Assembly: GCA_963733675.1 (NCBI GenBank)
Contig: CAVTET010000001.1
Coordinates: forward strand, 192,001-256,000
Length of the DNA stretch: 64,000 nt
Direction: 5' to 3'
Source of the DNA: an uncultured Methanosarcinaceae archaeon
GTDB lineage: Archaea; Halobacteriota; Methanosarcinia; Methanosarcinales; Methanosarcinaceae
A model generated the notes under the pieces. The model had not been told where the DNA came from and ran no database searches. It saw only the letters and a program-made list of their open reading frames with translations. Shown here piece after piece: positions 22,603-33,506 of this stretch; within the stretch, counting starts at the first letter, position 1, and every line of letters begins with the position of its first letter. Made by a program: the position numbers and the translations under genes.

Positions 22603-22763
22603 AAAAATTCCTTATCCTTTGCCAGTCTGCGGTACCTACCATAAGGGTCTTGAGGAGAAAAGCGAGCCGGAACTACGGATGAGGTTTCTTCCTCACAAAA
22701 CGAACATTTTTCCCTTAAAGTGTATCTTCCGCATTTTTTGCACTTGCGGATTTTTTGTCCCAA
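22575..22763 (-). CDS. nop10: H/ACA RNP protein Nop10
   Basis: CKKCGRYTL..C..C and PARFSPQDPYGRYRR. Confidence 0.92.
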   Translation of the reverse strand: MGQKIRKCKKCGRYTLREKCSFCEEETSSVVPARFSPQDPYGRYRRLAKDKEFLCRKVHLSA

Positions 22764-22769
22764 AGAGCA

Positions 22770-23576
22770 TCACGCCTTTGTTGATTCGATGTGCCGCTTG
22801 AAAGTCCCATGTCCACCAAGTTTGGATATCGTATCGACTGCAGTTTGACCAGATTTTTTCAGGACTGATTCGGCTTTCTTATAATCCGGAGCTATTACCT
22901 TAATTCTATATCTAGGAGCCCCTGTATAACTCACTTCTAGCCTTACGTCTTTTCCATCCACCTCACTTATAGAATTTGCAGCAATTAGAGCTTTTTTTAT
23001 AACCTCTATACCATTTGAAAGGTTGCAGGTCAAGTCCACATAACCTGCAATATCTACAAATGGGAGTTTAATATTTTCCCCTGCTATCTTGATTATACTC
23101 TTCAGGTGTTTCTTATTTATTTTGACTCCTTTGAAGGCTTTCTCTCCTTCTATAGCAGCTTCTTCAAAGGCTGAATATGCACTTCCGAACTCTTCTACGA
23201 GTTTTTCATTCATTTCTTTTAGGTTGTTTTCATCGGCCTTTGTCTCTTCAGCTACGAACTGTAACCATTTGGTGGCTTTTTGTTCATTTTTCCATTCCTG
23301 AATTTTAGCACGCCTTTGATGCTCGTTTACGTCTTTTAATGACAAATCGATGTGGCCGCGGGAAGGGTCCACGTTCAGAACCTTGCAGACGATTTTCTGT
23401 CCTTCCCTCACGTAGTCCCTTACATACTTGACCCAGCCTGCTTTAATTTCGGAGATGTGGATAAATCCTTCTCTTCCTTCGAATTCCTCAAGCTCGACAT
23501 AAGCTCCAAAATCCGTCACATTCTTTACAGTACATACAACAAACTCTCCGACTTCTGGCCAGTTCTCGCTTCCCAT
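22770..23576 (-). CDS. eif2a: Translation initiation factor aIF2 alpha subunit
   Basis: WPEVGEFVV S1 domain, GFIHISEI, GHIDLSLK, GAPRYRI. Confidence 0.96.
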   Translation of the reverse strand: MGSENWPEVGEFVVCTVKNVTDFGAYVELEEFEGREGFIHISEIKAGWVKYVRDYVREGQKIVCKVLNVDPSRGHIDLSLKDVNEHQRRAKIQEWKNEQKATKWLQFVAEETKADENNLKEMNEKLVEEFGSAYSAFEEAAIEGEKAFKGVKINKKHLKSIIKIAGENIKLPFVDIAGYVDLTCNLSNGIEVIKKALIAANSISEVDGKDVRLEVSYTGAPRYRIKVIAPDYKKAESVLKKSGQTAVDTISKLGGHGTFKRHIESTKA

Positions 23577-23648
23577 TCGCACCACTTCTCAAGTTTTGTC
23601 TTTTATTACTCTCTACTTTACTTCTGTAAAATGCTTTTACTTATCCCT

Positions 23649-24152
<504 letters not shown>

Positions 24153-24549
24153 TTATGTAGCACATCTTTCCAGCTTTTGCAGAAAAGTGATGTCATATGT
24201 AATTATAGAATATAGTGATAAACATGGTATTTCATTTCCAGAAAGCTTTTTTCTGGGAAGTTTTTGATTCGATAAACTTGAAATTTTTCACAATATTTTG
24301 TGTCCTTAACATCACGATTGTCAGTCTTATATCGAAGACAATGTCAGAGCATGCTAACAAGGTTAAGCTACACAGATATAGCTACACATATATATAGTAA
24401 TGCTATTTCCTAAATATACTAATGATATTTTAGAAGTTCCCCCGCCTACCATGCCTGAATTAACATTATGGAACTTCTGAACTATCTACTTTCTTTCTCT
24501 TAAAATTAGAATGACTGCAAGCTTTTGGTTATTAATTTTTTCCTAAATT

Positions 24550-25239
24550 TTACTGATCAGTAATCAGTTTGGCTGCATTTCGTTTAATAAGCCCTGTTGC
24601 ATTGAGCTGCGGCAAAACAACAACATCTTCAGCACTGACAATATAATTTCTTCCATCTGCACCTGTGAAAGTAGGCAAATCCCTCAGTATTCTGACAACA
24701 ACATATTCCCCCTTTATACTTTTTTTGCTAGGCTCTGCTCCTGTTTCTGTCCCAGCTCCATTTATGGATATCCCGCTTCTGACATCAGTTTCTCCCCGGA
24801 TGCTGGCAGAAACCTGACTTTCTGATATACTTTTTGGCCAGATTGCAATCTTTTCTGAACCAGGGTACAGAATCGGACCTAGAAGTTCCATTTTTACAGC
24901 ATCAATTCCCTGAAGCACCAGGTCATAAAGCCTTTTTTCCGCGGGAAGCAATTTTTCAATATCCTTTGAAATAGGTTTATTTGCATGAGACTGGTTAGTT
25001 GCCCTTGTAATAACTTTTCCTATTCGTTTCATGAAGATAGTTTCAAGGTCTGAAAGCGCTTGTTCATGCTCATCATGAAGCATCTTAGACTCCGGAGAAC
25101 GGGAATTTCCAATTTTACAAATATCTTTTTCAAGTTCCCTGATATATTTCTCGGCTTCCAAGTAAAAATCAGCCGGAATAGTCTTCAATATTTGATTTTT
25201 TTCCTTATATAGGATCTGGCTGATTTCTTCGATATCCAT
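24550..25239 (-). CDS. GINS complex subunit (Gins15/Gins51 type)
   Basis: Helical A domain plus C-terminal B domain (VRILRDLPTFTGADGRNY...NATGLIKRNAA); follows priS as in other archaea. Confidence 0.75.
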   Translation of the reverse strand: MDIEEISQILYKEKNQILKTIPADFYLEAEKYIRELEKDICKIGNSRSPESKMLHDEHEQALSDLETIFMKRIGKVITRATNQSHANKPISKDIEKLLPAEKRLYDLVLQGIDAVKMELLGPILYPGSEKIAIWPKSISESQVSASIRGETDVRSGISINGAGTETGAEPSKKSIKGEYVVVRILRDLPTFTGADGRNYIVSAEDVVVLPQLNATGLIKRNAAKLITDQ

Positions 25240-26449
25240 ACTCTGCAACACCTCTGCAAATCAAATATATTGCTGCGTACTCCGGAACTTCCTGAGTGCC
25301 CTCTATTACCCTTAAATCCTTGCCTTTTAACTGTATCGAAAAAGGCTTTGAGACGGATATTTTTACCGGCCTCTCTCCAAAGACAATAGCATCATTAAGC
25401 GGATCAAACTTCTCTAGTTCAGATAAAGCAAGTTTCTTAACCAACATCCCAGATCCACCATGTAGAGAACCCGGCACCCTGATCAAACGCTTAATGTCTG
25501 CAGTAACAGGTTCGTCAATAGCTACTCCAAATCTTTTCAGAAAATCCTCAATTGAATCTTTCATAAAATTGGCAGCAATACCCTTAAAGTTTCTGACATC
25601 AAAGTCCAGCCTTCCTTTCTCTAGTATATCCTTTAAACCATTTTCGCTATTTGTAACATTGATCAATTTTTTTATTGTAGTATCTCCAATCTTCTCGCAT
25701 CTACGAAGCTCAGGAAACATATCTTTTTTGTATCTTTTTTTACATTCAGCTTTCATATAATCCGTAAGGTAGAGGGCGATTCTCTTTCCCCATCCAGAAT
25801 CATATCCCACAAGAGTAGACTTAATTGGAACTTTCTTTATCCCTTTGAAAGTCTTGGACCCGATCCCAAATTCCCCAGCCATTGCAACATCTCTAAATAA
25901 GTATTTGAAATCTAGATCTTTGCCGCTTACATAATTCACAATTTCTCTTCTTTCGGCACTCCCAAGAGTCAGGACTTGCGGGCTTATAACATGGACATGG
26001 TATCCTCTCCCTCCAGAAAATACCAGCTCGGTCTCCTGTTCAGAAAATCCAAAATCTTCTAAAATAAAGTCCATAAGCTTAAAAGTTTCCTTTTTCACAA
26101 GCTCCATCATGTCCAAATAATTTTTAGGGGCATTTGGCAAGTGGTCTGCATCAAGGTCAAAAATCAGCTCTGCTCCGAGCCAGTTCTTTTCGTTCATTTT
26201 TCTGGCATCAGGGTATTCATAGTAAGCAGTTGAATTGTAAACATGTGCAGGAGTCATACCATATAGATAACCAAGAACATCACCAGGCGAGCTGAAGGAC
26301 TTGTGCCTATACATCATCTTTTCAGAAATGTTATCATAGAAGATAAAAGCCCATTCTCTGTTAGGCAGATGGTCAGGTAGACCTATTTCGGCATTTTTGT
26401 AATAATTATGAAAGCGGGATTTTACAAAATTAGTGGTTCTGTTGTCCAT
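25205..26449 (-). CDS. priS: DNA primase catalytic subunit
   Basis: REWAF, ELIFDLDADH, FSGGRGYH, DEPVTADIKRLIRVPGSLH. Confidence 0.96.
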   Translation of the reverse strand: MDNRTTNFVKSRFHNYYKNAEIGLPDHLPNREWAFIFYDNISEKMMYRHKSFSSPGDVLGYLYGMTPAHVYNSTAYYEYPDARKMNEKNWLGAELIFDLDADHLPNAPKNYLDMMELVKKETFKLMDFILEDFGFSEQETELVFSGGRGYHVHVISPQVLTLGSAERREIVNYVSGKDLDFKYLFRDVAMAGEFGIGSKTFKGIKKVPIKSTLVGYDSGWGKRIALYLTDYMKAECKKRYKKDMFPELRRCEKIGDTTIKKLINVTNSENGLKDILEKGRLDFDVRNFKGIAANFMKDSIEDFLKRFGVAIDEPVTADIKRLIRVPGSLHGGSGMLVKKLALSELEKFDPLNDAIVFGERPVKISVSKPFSIQLKGKDLRVIEGTQEVPEYAAIYLICRGVAEYGYRRNQPDPI

Positions 26450-27271
26450 GTTTTCAAAGCTTTATTAATCATTGAATCTTCTAATTAAGGTTTTAGTTCA
26501 AGGTTTATTTATACGATAGATTAACTCATATTTTACTTTTGTTTATATGAATCTTTTTTAGTAACTATTAAGCCTGGGAAAAACAATATCAATGCCTAAC
26601 TTTACAAGATTCAATTAGCAAATTTCGGTGGGCTGGTTATATTTAACTGTAGGCTATTGATTATGTGTTTTATTTTCCATCATTTGTTAATCAGAAGTAT
26701 CTATTGCGTCAAAAAGGTATAATCAAACTTATCTTGAGTGAACTGAACAATAAAATATTTAAAATAATTCAACAATCGATTAAGATTTAGATAAATTCAT
26801 TGTATTTTACTGAGATGAATATCTATTTTTGATTCAAGATACACTGTAAAGTAAGGTTTAATCTTTGACCTAAAAATAGGAAACTCTGTAGAAGGTTATT
26901 TGGTTATCAAACTAATAAATAAAAAAATATCCTTATCAGCAATAATTAAAACGAAAATGAATTTTTTGAATGAAAGACGCTAAAAATAAAAGTACTTTTA
27001 TTTTTTATATCTGCCATTCGAAGAATTTCATGTTCGTTTTTGAAGAAACTAGAGTTCTTGATAAATCGAATGATACTCTACTGCTCCCACTTTGACGTCG
27101 ATATAGAGCACGATGGAATTAGAATATGAAGATGAAAAAAGATGATATGTAAACGTACATCTATAAGAGAATATGAGATTACAAATTTAAGATGGACATC
27201 AAGAGATTTACTTTATTTGGATCTTTTTAAAAATCAATTATGTTAATAGATGGCGACAAAAAAATATCCAT

Positions 27272-27742
27272 TCACAACAAATTTTCGGGTATATATTCTA
27301 AAATTGCATGTTCACAATAAAGACAGTTGAGAATAACTCCTTCGTCTTCTGACTGAAGTACGGAAAACTTCGATTTTATGGGCTCACTACTATTAGAAAT
27401 ACAGTTTGAATTGATGCAGCGAACAACGCCCTCAACATAGGAAGGAAGGACGACATTATTTTTCTGGACGACTTCAAAATCCCTAATGATATTGATGGTA
27501 GCTCTCGGAGAGATCAGAGCAATCCTGTTCAACTCTTCGACATTAAGTTCCTTACCCTCGACTTTCACGACATCTTTTTTGCCTCTGGCTCCTGGAGCAT
27601 TCATTACGAAACTAATAGTTGCCCGAAAAGCGCTAGAGATACCAAGTATTCGCAGGACATTTAATGCCTGTCCTGCCTTTATGTGATCGATAACTGTTCC
27701 ATTTTCAATTGCCTGAATCTTCAAATCACGTTTTTCTTTCAT
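27272..27742 (-). CDS. pyrI: Aspartate carbamoyltransferase regulatory chain
   Basis: AIENGTVIDHI, KKDVVK, C.NSNCIS, C.YCE. Confidence 0.97.
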   Translation of the reverse strand: MKEKRDLKIQAIENGTVIDHIKAGQALNVLRILGISSAFRATISFVMNAPGARGKKDVVKVEGKELNVEELNRIALISPRATINIIRDFEVVQKNNVVLPSYVEGVVRCINSNCISNSSEPIKSKFSVLQSEDEGVILNCLYCEHAILEYIPENLL

Positions 27743-28665
27743 TCCACCACTCCCATGGCAAGAGCAAGAAGTGCCATTCTAATTGGAACACCATAGAAAG
27801 CCTGCTGGAAGTAGCATGCATGCGGAGTTGCATCTACTTCAGGGGAAATTTCATTGACTCGCGGAAGAGGGTGAAGAATCTTGAGATTAGAATCCACATT
27901 TTTAAGTAGGCTGCCTGTAACCTTCAGCCTGTGTTTTACCTTTTCATATTCTTCAGGATCAAGAAAACGCTCCCTTTGGACTCTTGTCATGTAGAGAACC
28001 TCTACATCTCCAATTATTTCATCAAGAGAATTTGTCTCTTTTACCCTTATCTTATTTTTTCGAAGATCTTTGACTATTTCAGAAGGCATACTGAGTTCTG
28101 GAGGCGAAACAAAAGTCATTTCAGCTCCATAAAGGGAAAGGGCATGGCAGAGGGAATGGACTGTTCTTCCATACTTCAAGTCACCAGCCATTGCAATTCT
28201 CAGGCCCTCAAGATGGCTTTCCCTGCGGATTGTATAGAGGTCAAGGAAGGTCTGTGTAGGGTGATGAACAGAACCATCCCCACCATTGATTACCGGAACA
28301 CTTGAAAATTCAGAAGCCATCCTTGAAGATCCATCAAGAGGGTGGCGCAATACTATAAGATCGGCATAGTTACTAATCACACGGATGGTATCGGCAAGAT
28401 TTTCACCTTTCATAACAGAACTCGCCTCTACAGAACCCAGGTTTAAAACCTGTCCTCTAAGCCTTTGAGTAGCAACTTCAAAAGACAGACGGGTCCTTGT
28501 ACTTGGTTCAAAAAAAAGAAGGGCAACGATTTTTCCATCCAACAGCTGAGATCTATTTTCACCTCTAGCCACAGGCTCAAGCTTTTCTGCAGTATCCAGA
28601 ACGTAGTCGATTTCTTTGCGCGAAAAATCCTTCATTGAGATGACGTGTCGGTTCTTAAATGACAT
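27739..28665 (-). CDS. pyrB: Aspartate carbamoyltransferase catalytic chain
   Basis: FFEPSTRTRLSF, HPTQ, GDLKYGRTVHS, HPLPR. Confidence 0.98.
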   Translation of the reverse strand: MSFKNRHVISMKDFSRKEIDYVLDTAEKLEPVARGENRSQLLDGKIVALLFFEPSTRTRLSFEVATQRLRGQVLNLGSVEASSVMKGENLADTIRVISNYADLIVLRHPLDGSSRMASEFSSVPVINGGDGSVHHPTQTFLDLYTIRRESHLEGLRIAMAGDLKYGRTVHSLCHALSLYGAEMTFVSPPELSMPSEIVKDLRKNKIRVKETNSLDEIIGDVEVLYMTRVQRERFLDPEEYEKVKHRLKVTGSLLKNVDSNLKILHPLPRVNEISPEVDATPHACYFQQAFYGVPIRMALLALAMGVVE

Positions 28666-28989
28666 CCAGATCCATAAATGATTCTCAAAGATATAATCTT
28701 TGCTCCATAAGTTTTTTAAATTAGTAAGGACGCAATTGAATCCTTCTCCGTCCCCACTTTAGGGAACAGACTTAGATCAATTATTGTCTGAACTTGAACC
28801 AGAATTTTGTATCCTTAAACTTAGTTTGAAAGTACAAATTCCCGTTGGAATGGAACATTATTTTTTCATCAAAAATGATATAACAACCTTCAAAAATGTA
28901 AGTAATAATTATATAAAATTAATCAGTTCTCAAATCTAAAAACTACAAAAGATGAGAATGAATATGGGTTTTTTACTTTAGCATTTTTG

Positions 28990-29668
28990 GGCTCTGTAGA
29001 AATCCTCTAAATTGAATTTCTACACTATATTTTATAGCTATTATGTTATAATATAACTCCTTATTTTTCCCCACAACAACGAAGGAACACATAATATTGA
29101 AATCGAATAATTACATTAAATTTGTTGATGCCAGCTTTAAAACTATTAAGTCTTTCAGAATGAACATTTATTTCTGCAAATATTCCAAACATGTTTATAT
29201 CCAGCATCAATTTCTTGTTCTGGCTTTATTGAAGGGGTATATCAGCATAGACTACCGTGATTTTGTAGAACTTATTGACCTAATAAACAATATAAAGAAA
29301 AACTCGATCTTAATAAGACTTCCAATTTCACTACCCATCAAAAGTTTGTATCCAGGATTTCCTCTTCTCTGTTTAACCTTCTTTTGTCAAAAACTCTAAA
29401 GTTGTTTTACTCACATGGATAAATGATCTATATTACAGCAATTGATGCAACAGGCTTTACAATTCCCTATACAAATGATTATCGTTCCCGCAAAACAGGG
29501 GAGCTACGAAGGAATGTCTTGAAAACTTCAATATCATTCGACATAGCTAAAAAGGTAGCATTAGGATAGAAAATTAGTCAAAAAACATATCATGAAATCA
29601 AACATGCAAATGTTCTGATAAAACAATCAAATAGGATAAAGAAAATCTCAATGTTATGTGATGGGTAA
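28990..29668 (+). mobile_element. IS5-family element, degenerate and 3'-truncated
   Basis: End GGCTCTGTAGAAAT; transposase KYSKHVYIQHQ..DYRDFVE..AIDATGF with frameshift and stops. Confidence 0.8.
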
Positions 29669-30286
29669 AGGAAGGGAACAGTCTGATTCTCTGGGATTCA
29701 AAATTTGAATTCGTAAGCTAAGCCAGACTTTAGAGCAGAACTATCCATGTAAATAGCCTCTATATAGAATTATTCCTGCAAATGACTTCTTTTAACTTTA
29801 AGATTTACAAAGTTGAACTGAGAATCAATAGCACTAAATCTTTGATTGTACAAAATTCAAGTTCAAACCACAACGTTTATTTAGTGTGATCTTGTACTTT
29901 AAATATGTAAGTCATAATATTATCATGTTTACTATCTAACGATCTATACCTAGTATTAGTATTACTACAGTCTTCATAGTAAAACTCATCATGTTATCAA
30001 ATGGGTAAAATGGATTTATGATCAAGTATCAAAATTTTCTCACTGATCTTCAAATTAGAGACGAAGCATGGAAAATACAAAAGAAAAGGAATAAAGAAAA
30101 AATTTTCCCACATCTTTCCATCGTTTTCGGGATTATATAATTTCAAGCAGCTTAAGCGTAAGTAATTTCAAAAATTATTTGGTTTTACTTAATAAGTTCT
30201 TTAAATTGTTCCCCTCCAATAATCTTTTAAAATCATCGTCTTTCTTTGCTTTTTCTTGATATATAAGTCAAGCTCGATGATTTTTT

Positions 30287-31741
30287 TTAAATTAATGTTT
30301 GATTTATACTCGTTGTTGACGAGAGAATATGTAGAGAAAGTCTTTTTTTATACCAAGCCATTGAATTTTGGGGATTAATTTTAATTGCTTTGTCATATGC
30401 TTTTATCGCTTCATCTGATTTATTTTGGTCAGATAGAACATTCCCTTTATTGTACCAAGAATCTGAATCATTTGGGTTAATTTCAATTGCTTTGTCAAAT
30501 GCTTTTATAGCTTCATCGGATCTATTTAATTTATAAAAAGCATTTCCTTTGCCGTTAAAAGCTTCTGAATCCTTCGGGTTAATTTCAATTGCCCTGTCAA
30601 ATGCATTTAATGCTTCATCGGATTTATTTTGGTCAGATAGAGCATTTCCTTTATTGTACCAAGCATCTGAATTATGTGGGTTAATTTCAATTGCTTTGTC
30701 ATAGGCTGTTATTGCTTCATCGAATTTATTAAGTTTAATTAAAGCATTTCCTTCACTGGCCCAGGTATTTGAATTTTGCGGGTTAATTTCAATCGTTTTG
30801 TTATATGCTTTTATTGCTTCATTGAACTTACCTAATTTCCCTAAAGCAACTCCTTTATTGTACCAAGCATCTGAATCATTTGGGTTAATTTCAATTGCTT
30901 TGTTATATGCTTTTATTGCTTCATCGAATTTGCCTAATTTCGCTAGAGTTGTTCCTTTATTTTCCCAAGCGTTTGAATCTAGCGGGTTAATTTTAATTGC
31001 TTTGTCATATGTTTTTATTGCTTCATCTAGCTGATTAAATTTTTCCAAAACAAGTCCTTTATTGTACCAAGCATTTGAATTATGTGGATTAATTTCAATT
31101 GCTTTGTCATAGGCTGTTATTGCTTCATCGGATTTATTTAATTTATATAGTGCACGCCCTTTACCTTCCCAAGCTTCTGAATAATGCGGTTTAATTTCAC
31201 TTGTTTTGTCATATGCTTTTATTGCTTCACCTGATTTATTTAGAGCATTTAGAGCATTTCCTTTATTGTACCAAGCATCTGAATCATTTGGGTTAATTTC
31301 AATGGCTTTGTCATATGCAGTTATTGCTTCATCGAATTTATTTAAATCAGAAAGAACGTTTCCTTTATAGATCCAAGCATTTGAATTAAGGGGGTTAACT
31401 TCAATTGCTGTGTCAAATGCTTTTATTGCTTCATCAGAGTTGTTTGCTTTGTAATATTCTTTTGTTTTTTCATCAGATTTATTCAAGTTAGAAAGAACTT
31501 TTCCTTTATTGTCCCAAGCTTTTGAATTCTGCTGGTTAACTTCAATTGATTCGTCATATGCTTTTATTGCTTCATCAGACTTGTTTAAATTAGATATATT
31601 GTTGCTGCAGGTGTTCGGAATATCTGCAAATGTCACCGTGCTAACGATACTCACTAGAATAAGAAGCGCCAGCAAAGTGATTCCTAAAGCCTGTACGAAG
31701 GTATGCCATCTACTTGCTTTATCGTATCTTCCTTTTTTCAT
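30287..31741 (-). CDS. Tetratricopeptide-repeat protein with N-terminal hydrophobic signal/TM segment
   Basis: About 12 34-aa repeats (AWYNKG..L...DEAIKAYDKAIEINP); leader LGITLLALLILVSIVS. Confidence 0.92.
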   Translation of the reverse strand: MKKGRYDKASRWHTFVQALGITLLALLILVSIVSTVTFADIPNTCSNNISNLNKSDEAIKAYDESIEVNQQNSKAWDNKGKVLSNLNKSDEKTKEYYKANNSDEAIKAFDTAIEVNPLNSNAWIYKGNVLSDLNKFDEAITAYDKAIEINPNDSDAWYNKGNALNALNKSGEAIKAYDKTSEIKPHYSEAWEGKGRALYKLNKSDEAITAYDKAIEINPHNSNAWYNKGLVLEKFNQLDEAIKTYDKAIKINPLDSNAWENKGTTLAKLGKFDEAIKAYNKAIEINPNDSDAWYNKGVALGKLGKFNEAIKAYNKTIEINPQNSNTWASEGNALIKLNKFDEAITAYDKAIEINPHNSDAWYNKGNALSDQNKSDEALNAFDRAIEINPKDSEAFNGKGNAFYKLNRSDEAIKAFDKAIEINPNDSDSWYNKGNVLSDQNKSDEAIKAYDKAIKINPQNSMAWYKKRLSLHILSSTTSINQTLI

Positions 31742-32165
31742 TTTCAGCCTCTTGAGATGTGTTAAATATTTATAATGAAAACTGACTACAAAAATGAATT
31801 TTAATACTTCAATCTGCAAAGAAGACTTTGTGCTGAGAAATTATATTTTTTTGATTTATCAGACTCATTGTTACATTGCCCTTAGTTGTCAAATTTATAT
31901 AAATTTTAATAATATCTTCAGAATAACAACGTTTTAACTTGTAAAACAGCCATTATTGGGAAGAAAATTAAACCGAATTTCGATACAAGCCCACAAAATA
32001 ACTTATTTCATATTGAGTTTAAAATGATTACTAAAGGTCATGGCTTCTGTTAAATAAATTTTTAATAGAACCTTATTTTCTGAACAGATTTTATCGAAAA
32101 AAAGTGTTACATCTTTTCTTCTTCACTCAACAAATATATATGATTCCTTAAAGTATCTTCAATTT

Positions 32166-33506
32166 ATGACTCTTGAGCCCGTTCATATGCATAAGATCTC
32201 GGAGTTTGCAAAAATGATTGATCGATCATTTGAGCTTGAGGATCCTAAGACAGCTACTGATATCTATAATCTCCTTGAGGAGTTAAAACTTGACGGAAAG
32301 GTTATTCTGAAGTCTATAGACCGACTCTTTCGAGGAATTGTCAAGACTGAGTTGATGTCACAGGGCACAGACCCATATCCTGTTACTTATGCTTGTGACA
32401 GTGGGAGCACAAATCCAAGGACTTATGACAGTGGGCTTTTTGTGGATTTCTGCCATTGTGGGCTGGCTGCAACACCTTCTGATCTTGATATCCATAAATA
32501 CAGAACAATTGTGTGTGCTGCTTATTCTTCTTCACAAAGAGTGGCTATGCAGGCTACAAAAGGCTGGGAAATCTTTGATGAAGGGTTCGGGAGGGCAAAG
32601 TTGGTCACAATTGCAGCTGACGAGGTGAAAAAAAAAACGCCTGAAATGGTTCATAATTTTGCAATGTATCTGGCAGAATCCGAGCATATTCTTTTTATGA
32701 AGGAAAGGGTGAATCCAGAAAGTTTTTTCATAATGGACGGGCCGATTTATCCAAAGCAGCTCATGTACTGGATGGTTCTGGACGACAAGGAAGTAAAAAT
32801 CCGACAGAACGATAATGCCCGAAAAATACTCCAGAATTACATTGATATCATGGACAATTTTCTGGAAAAGAGGAGTCCTTTAATCGGATTTGTAAAAAAT
32901 CCTATTGACAAGCAAATTATGGACAGTATCCGGAAGAAAAGGGGAGCTATTGAATTGCCATGGACGCTTGACTCCCAATTTTTCCGAAATATTCTCTCCC
33001 CTGACAAAATTGATAGTAAATGTGGAAAGGGGCATGGTGGAAAAAATTATAAAAATAATGGGAAAAGTGACATCTATAATGGTTCCAGGAATACTTACAT
33101 TACTTATACTAACTGGTTTTTACAGCCCAATAGATTTTATGAGAGGCTGCTTAATGGAACTTCACCCCTTGCAGCTGGTGATACGCTTCAACAAAAACTC
33201 AGGCACAATTTTCCACCTGAGGATTATGCCCTTTGTTTTTTCATGCTTTATGTCCCCTCGAAGGACGTGGTCTTCAAAATAGAAACTCCTTATGGACTTA
33301 TTAAGGACAACTTCTTGCGCATGCAAATTACCAAAAAAGTGCTATTTGATCTTTCTCTACATGGCTTTCCTCTTACCCTTACAAAAGTAGATTATCTCTC
33401 AAAAATTAGAAAAATAGAACGGCAAGAGATCGATAAATTCTTTGGAAATATGAATCCTGATTTAAATTATAATGATACTCGATGGGGTAATATTATTGAA
33501 ATATGA
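32166..33506 (+). CDS. nurA: NurA-family nuclease
   Basis: ACDSGST, LAESEH, MDGPIYP, GFVK motifs; overlaps the downstream HerA-like gene. Confidence 0.82.
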   Translation: MTLEPVHMHKISEFAKMIDRSFELEDPKTATDIYNLLEELKLDGKVILKSIDRLFRGIVKTELMSQGTDPYPVTYACDSGSTNPRTYDSGLFVDFCHCGLAATPSDLDIHKYRTIVCAAYSSSQRVAMQATKGWEIFDEGFGRAKLVTIAADEVKKKTPEMVHNFAMYLAESEHILFMKERVNPESFFIMDGPIYPKQLMYWMVLDDKEVKIRQNDNARKILQNYIDIMDNFLEKRSPLIGFVKNPIDKQIMDSIRKKRGAIELPWTLDSQFFRNILSPDKIDSKCGKGHGGKNYKNNGKSDIYNGSRNTYITYTNWFLQPNRFYERLLNGTSPLAAGDTLQQKLRHNFPPEDYALCFFMLYVPSKDVVFKIETPYGLIKDNFLRMQITKKVLFDLSLHGFPLTLTKVDYLSKIRKIERQEIDKFFGNMNPDLNYNDTRWGNIIEI

